Below are positions 1 to 42,254 of a stretch of DNA of 64,000 nucleotides, one piece after another (the stretch's first letter is position 1; each line of letters opens with the position of its first letter). This stretch comes from Phaeosaccion multiseriatum (Eukaryota; Protista; Ochrophyta, other classes). Position numbers and translations under genes: made by a program. The notes below the pieces were generated by a model that had not been told where the DNA came from, ran no database searches, and saw nothing but the letters and a program-made list of their open reading frames with translations. The DNA is taken from assembly GCA_965112735.1 (NCBI GenBank), contig OZ218961.1, positions 1,426,001 to 1,490,000 on the forward strand, in the 5' to 3' direction.

Positions 1-1926
1 CTACGTCAAGGAATGGATGTTGTCGGTCTACACATGCAAAACTGGGACAGGTCTGAGGAGGACGAGGAGGGGGAAGAGGAGGGAAGCAAGGGCCAAGAAG
101 CCGGCAAAAGAGCAGGTGCTGCTGCCGAGGGAAGACCCAGAGGGGGGCCTGGAGTATGCACGACGGAGCGCGACGCGAACGATGCAGAGAAGGTGTGCGC
201 CCACCTTGGCATCCCCTTCCACCGGGTGAACTTCGTCAAGGAGTATTGGAACGAGGTCTTCCAGCCAAGCCTAGAAGTCTTCCAAACCGGTACTGCCACC
301 CCCAACCCCGACGTCTTGTGCAACCGCCACGTCAAGTTCAGCGCCTTTCGGACGTACGCGAGGGAGCGCCTCGGCGCAGACTTCATTGCCACTGGCCACT
401 ACGCTCGGCTGTCTTCTGTCCCCGCGGAACACAATGCTCGACTGGGGAACGATGATGAGGGGCCATCCAAGCACAAGCACAGCATGATGATGATGGACGA
501 GGAGGCCTCCGAGATGGCCGAGACAGCGGCAGCAGTTGGTGATACGGCAGACGCAGGACCCGGCTCTACTCCGAGCCGACTGCTTCTCCTCGCTGGAAAG
601 GACCCGGCCAAGGACCAGAGCTACTTCCTCAGCGCGCTCTCTTCGGAGCAGCTGCAGGGTGTGCTATTCCCTCTCGGCGAGCTGCGCAAGGATCAGGTCA
701 GTCTGTCCTCAGGGTCTTGCTTGGCTGACACGCGTTTCCGTAACTATGGACCCATTGTGTGGGTATCAACGATCTCAACCTCTTGCTTGACGGACAATCA
801 TTCCTTGACTGACAATCATTCCTTGACGGACAATCATTCCTTAACTAATGACCCCTCTACATGAGTCGAAGGTCTAAACAGACTGTCTGACACTCAAACC
901 CACACCATGCAGGTGAGGCAGCTGGCCAGAGAGGCACGTCTACCCACAGCCGCCAAGCGAGAGAGCATGGGCTTGTGCTTCGTGGGCAAGAGGCGTCGAT
1001 TCGCTGACTTCCTCGCGCTCTATCTGCCGCCGCAACCGGGGCCCTTCGTCAACATCGAAGACGGACGGCACATGGGCACACACCAAGGAGCACACCTGTA
1101 CACTATCGGACAGGCCGCGAAGCTGAGCGGCGCAGACCAGCGCTGGTTCGTGTGCCACAAAGAGGAGGCGAGCAGGGGAGGAATGAGTGGGACGGGAAGC
1201 GGGACGAGTGGTGGTGGTGGGGGTGGTGGCCAAGTAGTGTACATTTGCGCTGGATCGCAACACCCGTCTCTGTTCCACAGCGTGTTTGCGGCAGAGGCAA
1301 GTGCCTTCAGTTGGGTGGGAGGGGAGCCGCCAAAGGTTCTGACGCAGAGCCTGATGATACACAGCCCACCGGCACCGCACGAAGAGTCAAGCTCCGGAGT
1401 AAGCTCAGGGCCAGGGGAAGGGCAAGGGCGAGGGGCAGGGTCAGAGCCAGGGCCGGAGCCTGGGGGGGGAGCATGGCGAGGTGAGCTGCGCTGCCAGGTG
1501 CGAGTGCGACACAGACAGAGACCACGGCCCTGTGTGGTGCACATGCGCTGGTCAGGCTCGAGCTCGGGCCCCCGAGGGTGCGAGAGAGGTGGCAGGAAGG
1601 GCTTGAACGGTGACTCCTCCTCCTCCTCCTCCTCCTCCTCCTCCTCCTCCTCGATGCCGAAGCGGAAACCGCCACAGCTGCTCCTCGAGGTGCGGCTGGT
1701 GGGCGGGCCGGAGCGGGCGGTGACTCCCGGGCAGACGCTCGTGCTGTACGATGGGGATGTGTGTCTGGGTGGTGGGCCCGTGTTGAGAGTGGGGGAGGAG
1801 GGGGCGGCGGCGGTGATGCCCCAAAGGGGGGCTGTGCTACCCCAGGGGGAGGGTAGGCTGCCCCCGGGGAGGGATTTGCTGCCCCGGGGGGAGGATTTAC
1901 TTCCCCAGACCATGGCTTACGGTTGA
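1..1926 (+). CDS. mnmA: tRNA-specific 2-thiouridylase MnmA/TRMU (5'-truncated, 2 exons visible: <1-696, 913-1926)
   Basis: Family motifs VVGLHMQNWD, YWNEVF, TPNPDVLCNRHVKF, IATGHYAR, KDQSYFL, LFPLGELRK, ESMGLCFVG, HQGAHLYTIGQ, RVRHRQ, RAVTPGQTLVLY..VCLGGG. GT-AG intron 697-912 joins the two ORFs in frame. Confidence 0.93.
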
Positions 1927-2899
1927 GGAGCAGGGGCCTGAGAAGAGGGAGGAGGAGGGTGCTGTTTAGGTGCAGGCGACAGACAGACCGACCGACAGAC
2001 ATACAGACAGACAGACCGACCGACAGACAGACCGACCGACAGACAGGGGGGGGGCGGCAATGCAACCAACCGGGGTGGGTGCAGCAAGGCGGGGGGGGGC
2101 ACACTGTCCACATTCGTTGGGTGCTTGCGGCCACCAGGCTCCTCCTTGCTGTCTCGCAAGGGGGAAGGGGGGGGGGGGGTTCGCACGACCAACGAGCACC
2201 AGGACCCCCATTTTCTATGTTGCTATGGCCTTGTGGCCTTGATCTTGCTATGGCCCTGTGGCCTTGATCTTGCTGTGGCCCTGTGGTCGAGATCGATCTG
2301 GAGGAGTAGCGGTGGAGAGCAGCCATAGCGGCGGAGAGCAGCCATTGCTAAGCGAAGCGCTGTCTCTCATCTGCGAGAGAAGACACACGGCTCCCACCGC
2401 GTCTTGCAGGGGGGGGGACGAGGCTCGGCTGCTGCTGCTAGTCGGCCCCAGGCATGACTAGTGGCCTTGGCTCTATGCCGCTAGGCCTCTCAGCCTTCGG
2501 CCGATCTAGGCCGCTCACTTTTCAGTCCTAGGCGGCCTCTAGCGCGCCTCTTGCCCGCCTCTGGGCGGCCTCCCCGTGATCGTGGGCGCGTACGTGGGGC
2601 CGCCCAGCCAGTGGCAGCAGCACAGTGTAAGCATAAAGCATGCACTCCTCGCAGGGCAGGCGAGGCGGAAAGAACCAACACGAATCAAGTGAACTCCTCT
2701 CTTTCAATCCCATACATTGGCTTCTCGTGACTCTTTGCACTCGTCTGGGCAATGCCACCGCCTAGGCCGTCGCCCTGGGCGGTGGGCCTGCGGCCTAGAA
2801 ATAGACCAAGGGCCTACGGCACTACGGCACTCTCCAGGCCGGACAGTTGTCCAAAACAAGGCGTGTTTGGCTGACACTACTACTTACTACAAGTGCATG

Positions 2900-3374
2900 T
2901 CAGGACCCATGAGGTGCAGGGGCAGGCACTACTACTTGCTTAACAGGACCGATTAGGTGCAGGGGGGCAGGTACTACTACTTGCTTAACAGGACCGATTA
3001 GGTGCAGGGGGGCAGGTACTACTACTTGCTTAACAGGACCGATTAGGTGCAGGGGCAGGCACTACTACTTGCTTAACAGGACCGATTAGGTGCAGGGGCG
3101 GACACTACTACTTGCTTAACAGGACCGATTAGGTGCAGGGGGGCAGGTACTACTACTTGCTTAACAGGACCGATTAGGTGCAGGGGGGCAGGTACTACTA
3201 CTTGCTTAACAGGACCGATTAGGTGCAGGGGGGCAGGTACTACTACTTGCTTAACAGGACCGATTAGGTGCAGGGGCAGGCACTACTACTTGCTTAACAG
3301 GACCGATTAGGTGCAGGGGCAGGCACTACTACTTGCTTAACAGGACCGATTAGGTGCAGGGGGGCAGGTACTAC
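2900..3374. repeat. 43-46 bp minisatellite, ~11 tandem copies (ACAGGACCGATTAGGTGCAGGGG(GG)CAGG[C/T]ACTACTACTTGCTTA)
   Basis: Head-to-tail near-identical units differing mainly in G-run length, with no unique spacers. Lies between convergent gene ends. Confidence 0.95.
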
Positions 3375-3663
3375 TTCCTCGAGTACCGCCGTGCGTGGGA
3401 GATGGTGAGGCCACGGCTGGTGAGACTGCTGCGACATTCGCTGGGTGGCCAGCTGCTTGGCACGATGCAGCTCCGGCTGCTGAGGCGGCCGGTTGGCTGG
3501 TGATGTGTGTGTGCGGCTGTTGCACACCCCACGCCCCGTGCACAGGGAGAGCTTTAGAGAGCTTTCTATGCATTAGCGCAGGCCCCTAAAATAATACATG
3601 TAAACAAGCTTTCATGGCAAGTAAGTAGTAGTAGAAGAGAAGAGGTGTTAACCCGTCTCCCCT

Positions 3664-33752
<30,089 letters not shown>

Positions 33753-33981
33753 TTCGCTGTGAGTGACTAGAACATATGGACGAGGAAGAGTAGGAGAAGA
33801 AGTGGGCGTAAGCGCAACTCCTACGTCCTCTAGAGAGCGGGACTCTCTCTTTGGCCTCAACCGCCGAAAATATGTCAATTACTGAGCGAGTATACCGACA
33901 TGGAAACCGGCAAAGGTGCCTTCCCCCCCCCTTCCAGCCAATATCTCTCTCTTGTGTGCAGCAGCAGTTGTGCATGCTAGG

Positions 33982-35386
33982 ATGCTTGTGCGTGGAGGAG
34001 CCAGCTTGAAAAGAAAACGTCTGGAGCAGCAGCGGAAGCACACCGAAGATGACAAGCTGCTCCACAAGGTGAGCAATGCCCTTCCCTCTCTCTTTCCCCT
34101 CAAGACTCCCTCCGTCTCTCTCTCACCCTTCGTCTCGGTGCGTGTATGCTACTGACTCTGTAGGCTACCAAGGCCATTCGGCAGGAATGCAAGGTGGCTC
34201 GCGCCTTTCTCTTGCAGAAGGCAATTAAGAAATGCAAGGGCGCGGCTGAGGGAGGGAAGCGAGCGGCCCCTGTTGACGCCGAGGACGTGAAGGAGGCGGC
34301 TGAGAAGGGGTCCGACTTGCCAGAGGACTCGGGGGCGCAACTCGAGGCTGGCGAGGAGGGTGCAGCAAAGGGGTCTTCAACCGCAGCGGCAGAGGAATTC
34401 GCAAGCCTCAAGGTGGGGCAAGGCGTCACACTATAAATAATAAAGACAATCTCTACTAACCTCAGTTGACGCCCCCCTGCACAGGCGATAACCGTGGAGT
34501 ATGTTGTTGGGCGGTGCTTGAGAGAATTGGGACTGGCAAATACGGGGACAGATGGCCTCGCCGTGCTGGACAAGCTGGCTTCACCGGTGTCGAGAGAGAG
34601 GGACGTGGAGAGGCTCCTGCGCCACAAGCGTATGGTCAAGGTTATGAAGGTCAGTGGCGTAACGAGAATGGACGGGTGGGCGTCAGGGCTCAAGAGCCGT
34701 GACCCTCTCCCTCTGTCTCTCTCTCCCCGTTGTTGTTGTTGTTGTTGTTGTTGCTGTTCACTGTTGCTAAGGAATGGGAAATGGCCACGACAGAGAGGCG
34801 ACGGGACAAGTTGACAGAGGCGGAAAGGAAGAACGGGGGAATGCCAGCGAAGGTAGTGAAGCGCTCAAAACAGTTCAGTGAGAGAGGAGGGAGGAGACCG
34901 GCTGTTCACCAGGCCAACAGTAGCTATTACAGTGGTGCGGGCAGCAGGGCCGGGGATGGGGGAGCCATGTTTGTCTCGTCCTTGGCAGGAGATGCGCCAG
35001 ACGATGCACCAATGCTTCATCCCAAGAGGAGGAAGATTGTCAGCGTCGGTAAGAGTGAGGCCATGAGGAAGGCGAAGCAGCAGCAGCAGCAGCAGCAGCA
35101 GCAGGGGCAGGGGCAGCAGGGACACAGCAGGGGGAAGCCAGGGGCACAACACCAACAACAACAACCACAACCACAACAGGGCAGCACGGTCAATGCACCG
35201 GAAAAGAAGAGAGTGCCCGCCCGGCCTACCCCCAACAAGGACAGAGCGAAAAGGGCCGCACCAGCCGAGGATGACTCGACCCTGCATGCCTCCTGGGCTG
35301 CCACCAAAGCGAGGAAGTCCAAGGAGGCCGCTGGCGTCGGAGCGTTCAAGGGCACCAAAGTCACTTTTGGCGACGACAGCGACTGA
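33982..35386 (+). CDS. BUD22/SRFBP1-like ribosome biogenesis protein (4 exons: ~33982-34068, 34163-34412, 34484-34649, 34772-35386)
   Basis: C-terminal LHASWAATKARK...FKGTKVTF matches the Bud22/SRFBP1 LHPSW..FxGxKxxF signature. Basic helical N-terminus. GT-AG introns. Confidence 0.78.
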
Positions 35387-36053
35387 ATGAAGAACCAAAG
35401 AACCTGCTAATCAAATTTACGTCAGTCATGCCTACTCTCTATTGAAGGTTGTGGTTGGATCCCACCCACCCACCCCATCAGACCGACCGGCACACTCCTT
35501 GCCTGTCCGGTCCAACCAACCGAAAGGACGAAGAGGAGAGGCGTTGCTGTAAAAGGAGGAGAGTCGGTAGTTGCTGGTGGAGGAAGAAGAGAGGTGTTGC
35601 TGGTCGTGCGTGCAATCTATCATTATCCGTATTAGTCATGTTAGGGTGAAAAAGTGATCAAAGTCCATGTACAAGCCTTTTTGGGTCACTTCTCTTCTAA
35701 TAAAAAACGGCCCAAAGAAGAAGCAAAGGATAGGCGCATGAACCACCCATCCCAACCAGGGCTTCCTTCGTGGCAGAACGGTGCAGTTCAGCCCCTGAGG
35801 GGCCAGGCACCAGCAGCAGTTGGTGATACAGCCTACCTAATTGCCAGCCCAAGGGTCAGCAGAGAGAGTAGAGAGCCCCTGTCGAGTGAGAGACGGTGGG
35901 GCAGTGGCAAGAGGCAGAGGGGTGGTTGGATACCCACTTCGCTGCCTGCCCCCCTCCTTGCCCCGCAGAGATGCTGACGCTGCCGAGAAACGAGACAGCA
36001 CCAACCCTTTCCCCTGGGGGCCCCTCACTCAGCACTCTCAGTGACTTACTCAC

Positions 36054-37297
36054 TCAAGGTTTCCGTGCGTGCAGCCCCACTTCGTCCTCGAACGAGTCTG
36101 TGGACACGTCATCAAAGGAGGAGGATCCGTTGGTAGGTCCGTCCGTACTCCCAAACCCACTCCCACTCCCACTCCCACTCCCATTCGGCGGCACCAGGTC
36201 TCCAAACACGGTGGAACGGTTCTGACCATCGCCCAGCGACCCGCCCGAGTCAAAGGGTGAGCGTTTTGCCTGCGCCACGCCCAGGGGCAGCATACTGTTG
36301 TGCGTCCGTCTCTTTTGCGCCGCGTCTCCCCTCGCGTCCTCCCTGCGCAGCATGAGTTCAGCAAAGTCCCTGTCGAGGTCGTCCCCTTCCTCTTCCTTCG
36401 AGTCTGGGGCGGCTGAGGCAGTGCCCTGCATCTGCGCAGCTAACGACCCCGTGCCGTGTATGTAGTCCTGCGTCTCTGGACAGAAGGCTTGCTCGCCTGC
36501 CGGTAAGTCCCAGCGGCAGTCCCCTGTGGTCGGAGGGAGGGGGGGGGGGGGGAACAGGCGAAGGAAAGAGGTAGAGTGAGAGGGCAGAAGAGGCAACAGG
36601 GTGAGAGAGGGGACAATGACGCGAGAGAGGCGAGAGGGGAGAGAGGGGAGAGGAGAGGGGAGAACGACCAGTGCACAGGGGCCTCTTCTGTTGTTGCTCT
36701 TGTACCACGGCAAAGGGAACCGACCCTCTCTGGCGGCCAACCCCAGCACCAGAAACTCACCAGACTTTGCGTGGTAGAAATAAAACTTGTCCAGGTTTTG
36801 GTCGTGATACCGAATCCACTCCAGCTCAATACGCACGTCCTGCTGCTGCTTCTCCATCTGGCTCCGATACACCGCCATGGTCTCCTCTAGCTCCTTCCCC
36901 CTCTTGCCCGCCACCCTCCGTTGCAAGTCTAACTGCTTTTGCATTTCTATCATCTGCTCCTCCAGTTCCCGTGCTCGCTGCTCCGCCTGAGTAGGGGTTG
37001 GGGTGAGAGGTGGGGCGCAAAGGGTAGGTGAGCAGGAGAGGGCAACAAGGGGCCTTTCCTTCTTCAGGCCGCGGAAGCAGGTAATATACGGGGACTGAAT
37101 AAACACCCCAGCCCCAAGAGGAGAGCTTCCTTTCACTGCGGTCATCGTTGACCCACAGACTAAGTAATGTGTACCTCGTCGAGTTTGGTGTGCAGCTCCA
37201 CATTCTCTGTGGAGTAATCCGTCAGGTTGCTCCTGTTCTTCATGTCCTCCTCTTCGGGATCCTCGTCATTTGACAAGCAGCCCAGGTCTGCACCCAT
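36054..37297 (-). CDS. Coiled-coil + WW-domain protein with putative N-terminal acylation (3 exons)
   Basis: Spliced WW domain EWIRYHDQNLDKFYFYHAKS|GDCRWDLP. Upstream coiled coil AEQRARELEEQMIEMQKQL. Starts MGADLGCLS. Confidence 0.75.
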
Positions 37298-38013
37298 GGC
37301 AGGCTAACTCCCTCTCACAGGCAGCCTGCAGGCTCTGCGCGTGGCCTGCCAGCCCGTTCCTCTCGTAGAGCTCTTAGCGTGTGCAACTCTCACGACACAC
37401 GGGGCAACAGGCACTCGCAGGAGGATAAGGAGCCAAAGCCCCACCAGGGCACCACTATTGGTATCGCCGCTGGTACGGTAGCAGCGTTTATATGCCTAGT
37501 ACCTCTCCTCCCTGCTCCTGGGCCCTTTTGCAAACGACCCCCCCCCCCCAGCCCAGCTTCCGACCCTTTCGGGCCTTCAGGGAATCACGCCCTATGCGCT
37601 CTCTCTTCCTCTCTCTCTCGCTTCCTTCACACAGACGGTGGCTTCCCGAGTAACAGAGTCTCTTTCCTGAGGGTGACGGGTTTCATTGTCCTCCCTTTTC
37701 TCGTGAGCAATTTCTCCACAATTTTTCAACCTACTCGAGGCATGCTGACCCCGAATTTCAATTTCCCGGAGCCGTTATCCTTGATGATTTATCATCTAAT
37801 CTCTCCTCTCCCCTCTCCTTGTCCTCTGTTACAACCATCTAGCCAAAGCAGCACAGAGTAGGGCAGGATATTAAGAGCGGGAGAAGCTCCACCACTTCGC
37901 TTGGTGCTTTGGCCTGGCCGCCATCTACTGTACCGAATCTTGGGAGAGAGGATAAGTGCCTCGCCCAGCCGGGGCCAGCTCTTGGAAGAGGCAGGCAGTA
38001 GCTGATAGAAGCC

Positions 38014-38584
38014 ATGGCGGACGACCCGGTGGAGCAGGATGCGGCCAACGCGGAGGGAGGAGCTACTACGTCGAAGAAGATTGAGTACAAGGTCCAAATA
38101 TTCGAGGCAGACATTCCAGAGGAGTTGCAGACCAAGGCGATTGCCAAGGCGAGCGAAGCCATGGCACAATTCACAATAGAGAAGGACGTGGCCACGGAGG
38201 TGAAGAAGCACTTTGACGAGGACTCCGGGGGCACATGGCATTGCGTGGTGAGTCGGTGCTGGTTCTCTGTTGCGCTTTGCCCCTTGCTGTGGGTGTATCA
38301 GAAGGGGCTTGAGGCGACGCCGTCGTGGGAGAGGCAGGCGGGTAGGGTAGATTTTTCGGTGCTTCGATAGCCACAGGGCCGCTCAGCTCTGGAGGGTGGG
38401 CAGAGGCGCCCTACTCTGCCCTTCGTGACGTGTGTGTTCTCTCTCTCCCTCCCCCCCCCGCGTGTCCCATCGTTCCGAGCAGGCGGGGCGGAGCTTTGGA
38501 TGCTCGGTAACCCACGAGACAAAGTACCTCTTCTTCTTCAAACTGGATAGCATGCACATTTTGCTCTTTAAATCTCAAGAATGA
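38014..38584 (+). CDS. Dynein light chain, LC8 family (exons 38014-38247, 38483-38584)
   Basis: IEKDVATEVKKHFD..SGGTWHCV|AGRSFGCSVTHETKYLFFF..ILLFKS. Phase-0 GT-AG intron. Confidence 0.92.
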
Positions 38585-38673
38585 GACATCTCGTGAGAGC
38601 GAGAGCCCGCCGGTGGAAGTTATCCAATTGCGTAGCAAAGAGCATGAGGCACTGCCTTCGTCGTGCCTTGGTG

Positions 38674-38851
38674 TCGACCCTGGACAAGGTTACAGTGTGC
38701 GCCGGCCATAATCAGCGCCGGTCATAATCAGTAATCAGACCCGGCTGGCGCCGGCCATAATCAGTAATCAGGCCCGGCTGGCGCCATAATCAGTAATCAG
38801 GCCGGCTGCGCCGGCCGTAATCAGTAATCAGATAACCTTGTCCAGGGCCGA
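38674..38851. mobile_element. MITE-like element, ~170 bp, 15-bp perfect TIRs (19 bp with one mismatch), internal tandem repeats
   Basis: CCCTGGACAAGGTTA (38678-38692) and TAACCTTGTCCAGGG (38833-38847), flanked by TCGA/CCGA. Interior made of GCCGGCCATAATCAGTAATCAG units. Confidence 0.7.
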
Positions 38852-39067
38852 TTGGTGGTGGGGAGACACTTCCGCGATATCTGTTTGTTTCTCTATAATG
38901 GATGTAGCTATATCGCAACATGAGTGAGAGAGAGAGAAGAGAGCCCACCGCCCACCGCTGGAGATCAAGGTCATATAGAAAACGTTATTATTAAAAGTGA
39001 AACCCACACCTGCTTCAACTGTACATCCGTCCAACGGCTCACGCACGCCTTTGCTGCACGCCTTTGC

Positions 39068-39412
39068 TTACAAAGCCCCGCTCTTGTCTATGAGTGACTT
39101 CTTGTAGCTGAGAATGTCACCCTTCCAAGGCACCACCCCCCTGTCCACCACCCAAATCTCCTTGGCAACTCTGCCCAGCAGCCTGAAGTCGTGTGACACC
39201 AGAATCAAGCCCCCCTCGTAGGCGTCAATGGCCTCCGCCATCGAATCGATCATCTCCATATCGCACTGTTTTGTTGAGTTGAGGGAAAGGGGAAGGAGCA
39301 AGAGGAAGAAAGGAGGAGGAGGGGGTGCTAGGGTGATTAGTGAAAAGAAAACAAAAGTGCTCCGTACAAAACAGAAGAACGAAAAAGACACAAACAAGAA
39401 ATAAAAACACAA

Positions 39413-39463
<51 letters not shown>

Positions 39464-41283
39464 ACGCACGTGATTGGTGGGCTCGTCCAGCAGCAGAATG
39501 TGCGGGTTGTGCATGGCAATATCTGCAAACACGAGTCTCGTCTTGAGTCCGTCTGACAGCTGGCTGATGGGGTTGAGCTGCTGGTCGCCGTTGATTCCGA
39601 ACCTCCCCACGCGCCCCCTCCACTCCTCGAGTCCCCAAGTGGGATGCTTGTGCTTGAACTTCTTCTCCATGTAGGCCACAGGGCTGAGGTCCATGTCCAA
39701 TTGGTCGGCCGAGTGCTGGTGATACCTGCCCAGCGACAGCCCCGCTCGCAGACTCACCCTGCCCTCGCACGGACAAATGTCCCCCGTGATGAGCTTGAGC
39801 AGCGTGCTCTTGCCCGCTCCGTTGGGCCCCACCAAGGCGATGCGGGAGTCAGAGTCCATGCCAAAGTTCAGGTCCGAATAGAGGTAGTCCTCCTTCTTGC
39901 CCGAGTAGGAAAAGGCCACCTCTGTGAAGGAGATGACTGGGGGCTGCAGCTGCCCCACCTGGGGGAATTGGAAGCGGAAGCGTGGCTCCTCATACGGACA
40001 CTCAATCAGCCCCGCCTCCACCATCTTGTCGAGCTGCTTTTGCCGAGACTTTGCCTGCCGCACCAAGTTGCTAAAGGTACCGCAGGACGCAATGAACTGC
40101 TTGGTGTGCTTAATCTCCTCCTGCTGCTTCTTGTACATTTTCAGTTGGTTGGTGTCCTGCTCAATCCTTGTCTTGCAGTAAGTGTCGTAGTTTCCTCCCC
40201 AATACTTGAGTTTCTTCTGCTGCATCACCATTGTGTTGGTGCACACACCGTTGAGGAAGTCCTGCGAGTGGCTCACCACCACCAGGATCTTGTCGTACGT
40301 TGCCAGGTAAGACTCCAGCCACACACACGCCTCAAGGTCCAAGTGGTTGGTGGGCTCGTCGAGCAGCAGCAAAGAGGGTTTGATGAACAACGCACGCGCC
40401 AAGGCCACTCGCATCCGCCAGCCTCCGCTCATGTCCTCCGTCTTTTTGTGGAGCGTGTTTCGGTTGAAGCCCAGCCCAATGAGGATTTTGGAGGCTCGCG
40501 ACTCGAACGTGGCCGGGTCCAGCCCGTCCAGCGAGTCGTAAATGTCCATCAGCACCTCGCTCTCGGGGCCCTCTGTAGTGATGATCTGTGTTGTGTTTCG
40601 TTTGTTTTGTTTTTGGTGCAGGCAGGCAAGCAGGCAAGGCTTTCAGCATTGAGTTACTCGTTCTCCCCACAGGTGTCTCTCTCCACAGACAAACAGCGCC
40701 GATCCGGTCTCCCTTCCTTTCCTCACCTCCTCCGACAGTGCTTCCAATCGCGCGACCTCTGCCTTCGCGCTGTCCACCACCCACTCCAGAGCCGACCGAG
40801 CGGTCGGTGGCGCCTGGGCAGGAGAGGAGAAGGGAGAGAGGAGGGGGGCATTCACCCGTAATATATTGTGGGTTAGTCTTCGTTGGCCTCTCTCTAAAGG
40901 GGTGTATCAGTACCATCAAGAGCAAAGCAAAGAGCAAAAGCATACCCATTCTGTACCGTACCGTACAGTCTCCCCTCCCCCCTACCCCCACCCCCCCCCC
41001 TCTCTCTCTCTCTTACCTCGTGTGTGAGAAGGTAAATGTCAATGTGGTCGGGGATTGGCACCTCCCTCGCCGCCAGGCACTGGAGGAGCGTCGACTTGCC
41101 GCAGCCGTTCATGCCGATGAGGCCATATCTGTTGCCGTGATTGAACTCGATTTCCGAATCCTCCACCAGGATCTTGCTGTGGAAGCTCAGGGAGAAGGAC
41201 TGTGCGTGTTTGACGGGCGCGGAAGGGGCGTCGGAGCGTGAGAAAGGAGCGTGAGGTTAGATTTGGGGCGGCTGAGCCCGAAC

Positions 41284-41317
<34 letters not shown>

Positions 41318-41602
41318 TCATCTTCTTCTTCTTCAGCCTCATCAAGGCGTACGTACCCCGATCTTGATGTCTCGTGAGCGCTTCTCGCATGCCAACAGAC
41401 CCGTGGCTGTTCTGCTCCCGTCTCCCTCATGGGCGTTGCCGCTAGTGGCGGAGGCCAGGCTGGTCTTGACGCTGCCGCCCCCGGCTACCTTGGGCTGGTC
41501 TGTGGGTGCCTTCTTGCTGAGATCTGCCGCTTCCTTTTCCGCCTTCTTCGCTAACCTCTTGGCCTTTCGCTCCGCCTTCTTGTCCACGGGTTTCACGTCC
41601 AT
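39068..41602 (-). CDS. ABCF2: ABC-F family ATPase ABCF2/ARB1 (about 5 exons)
   Basis: RTATGLL..RSRDIKI; NRYGLIGMNGCGKSTLL; MSGGWRMRVALARALF..LLLLDEPTNHLD; second NBD GPNGAGKSTLL, LSDGLK, LLLDEPTNH, VSHDFRL. No TM domains. Confidence 0.92.
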
Positions 41603-42254
41603 TGCTACCGCTCCCACCCCTTGCCACACTCGGCAATCTACTGGTCAGCTGCTAGTAGCACTACTGTGGCAAGGGACGAAGGAAGAGGAAAGGAGAATGG
41701 CGCGGGGACACAAGAGACGAGGAGATGAGCGGTGTAGGTGAAGCGGAAGCGGTAGCGGAGAGGGAGAGCAACGTACGAGGTTCGAAAGTCCTGAGTGACC
41801 GCGTCGGTAGGTCCTGCTAAGCTACGCAGGATCAAATGGCCGAGACCGAAGAGACTGAACAGCACGAGAACCCATGCATGGCATCTCCCCTTCCCACTCC
41901 CCTCTCGGGATGGCTCGGCTGCCTCCGATCGCGAGAGGACCATTCCGTCGTCACCGTTCACCATCCGCTCTGTCTGTGAACGTGTTGCTCGCACCAAGGG
42001 GGAAAGTCTCGCCTCAGCCACACCTTCTCTTACCTTATACTACTACAATGATCTCTGGCGTGCTCGTGCTCTCTCTCTCCCGCTGTTCTCGGTGCTCTCC
42101 CCGCCGCCAACCTGCGCGGGGCGTCATCCATACAGGCATATGGGCCGAAATTTCACTGCCTTCCGTGCACTCACGGGATGCGACGCATAATTCTATCCTC
42201 GACCGCCCTCGACCGCCCTTCCTCTCCCCTCCCTCTCTCATTGTGGTTTTGACC

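Noticed and set aside
787-843. 18-bp triple repeat extending the first MnmA ORF (LTDNHS x3)
   Set aside because: Lies inside the 697-912 intron; not coding.
2900-3374. CRISPR-like array of ~44-bp repeats
   Set aside because: Units are contiguous with no unique spacers, there are no cas genes, and the context is eukaryotic; it is a minisatellite.
39644-40861. 405-aa plus-strand ORF
   Set aside because: Antisense shadow of the GC3-rich ABCF2 coding exon; no independent domain signal.
41770-41800. tRNA B-box-like GGTTCGAA
   Set aside because: No cloverleaf or matching A-box/acceptor stem visible.
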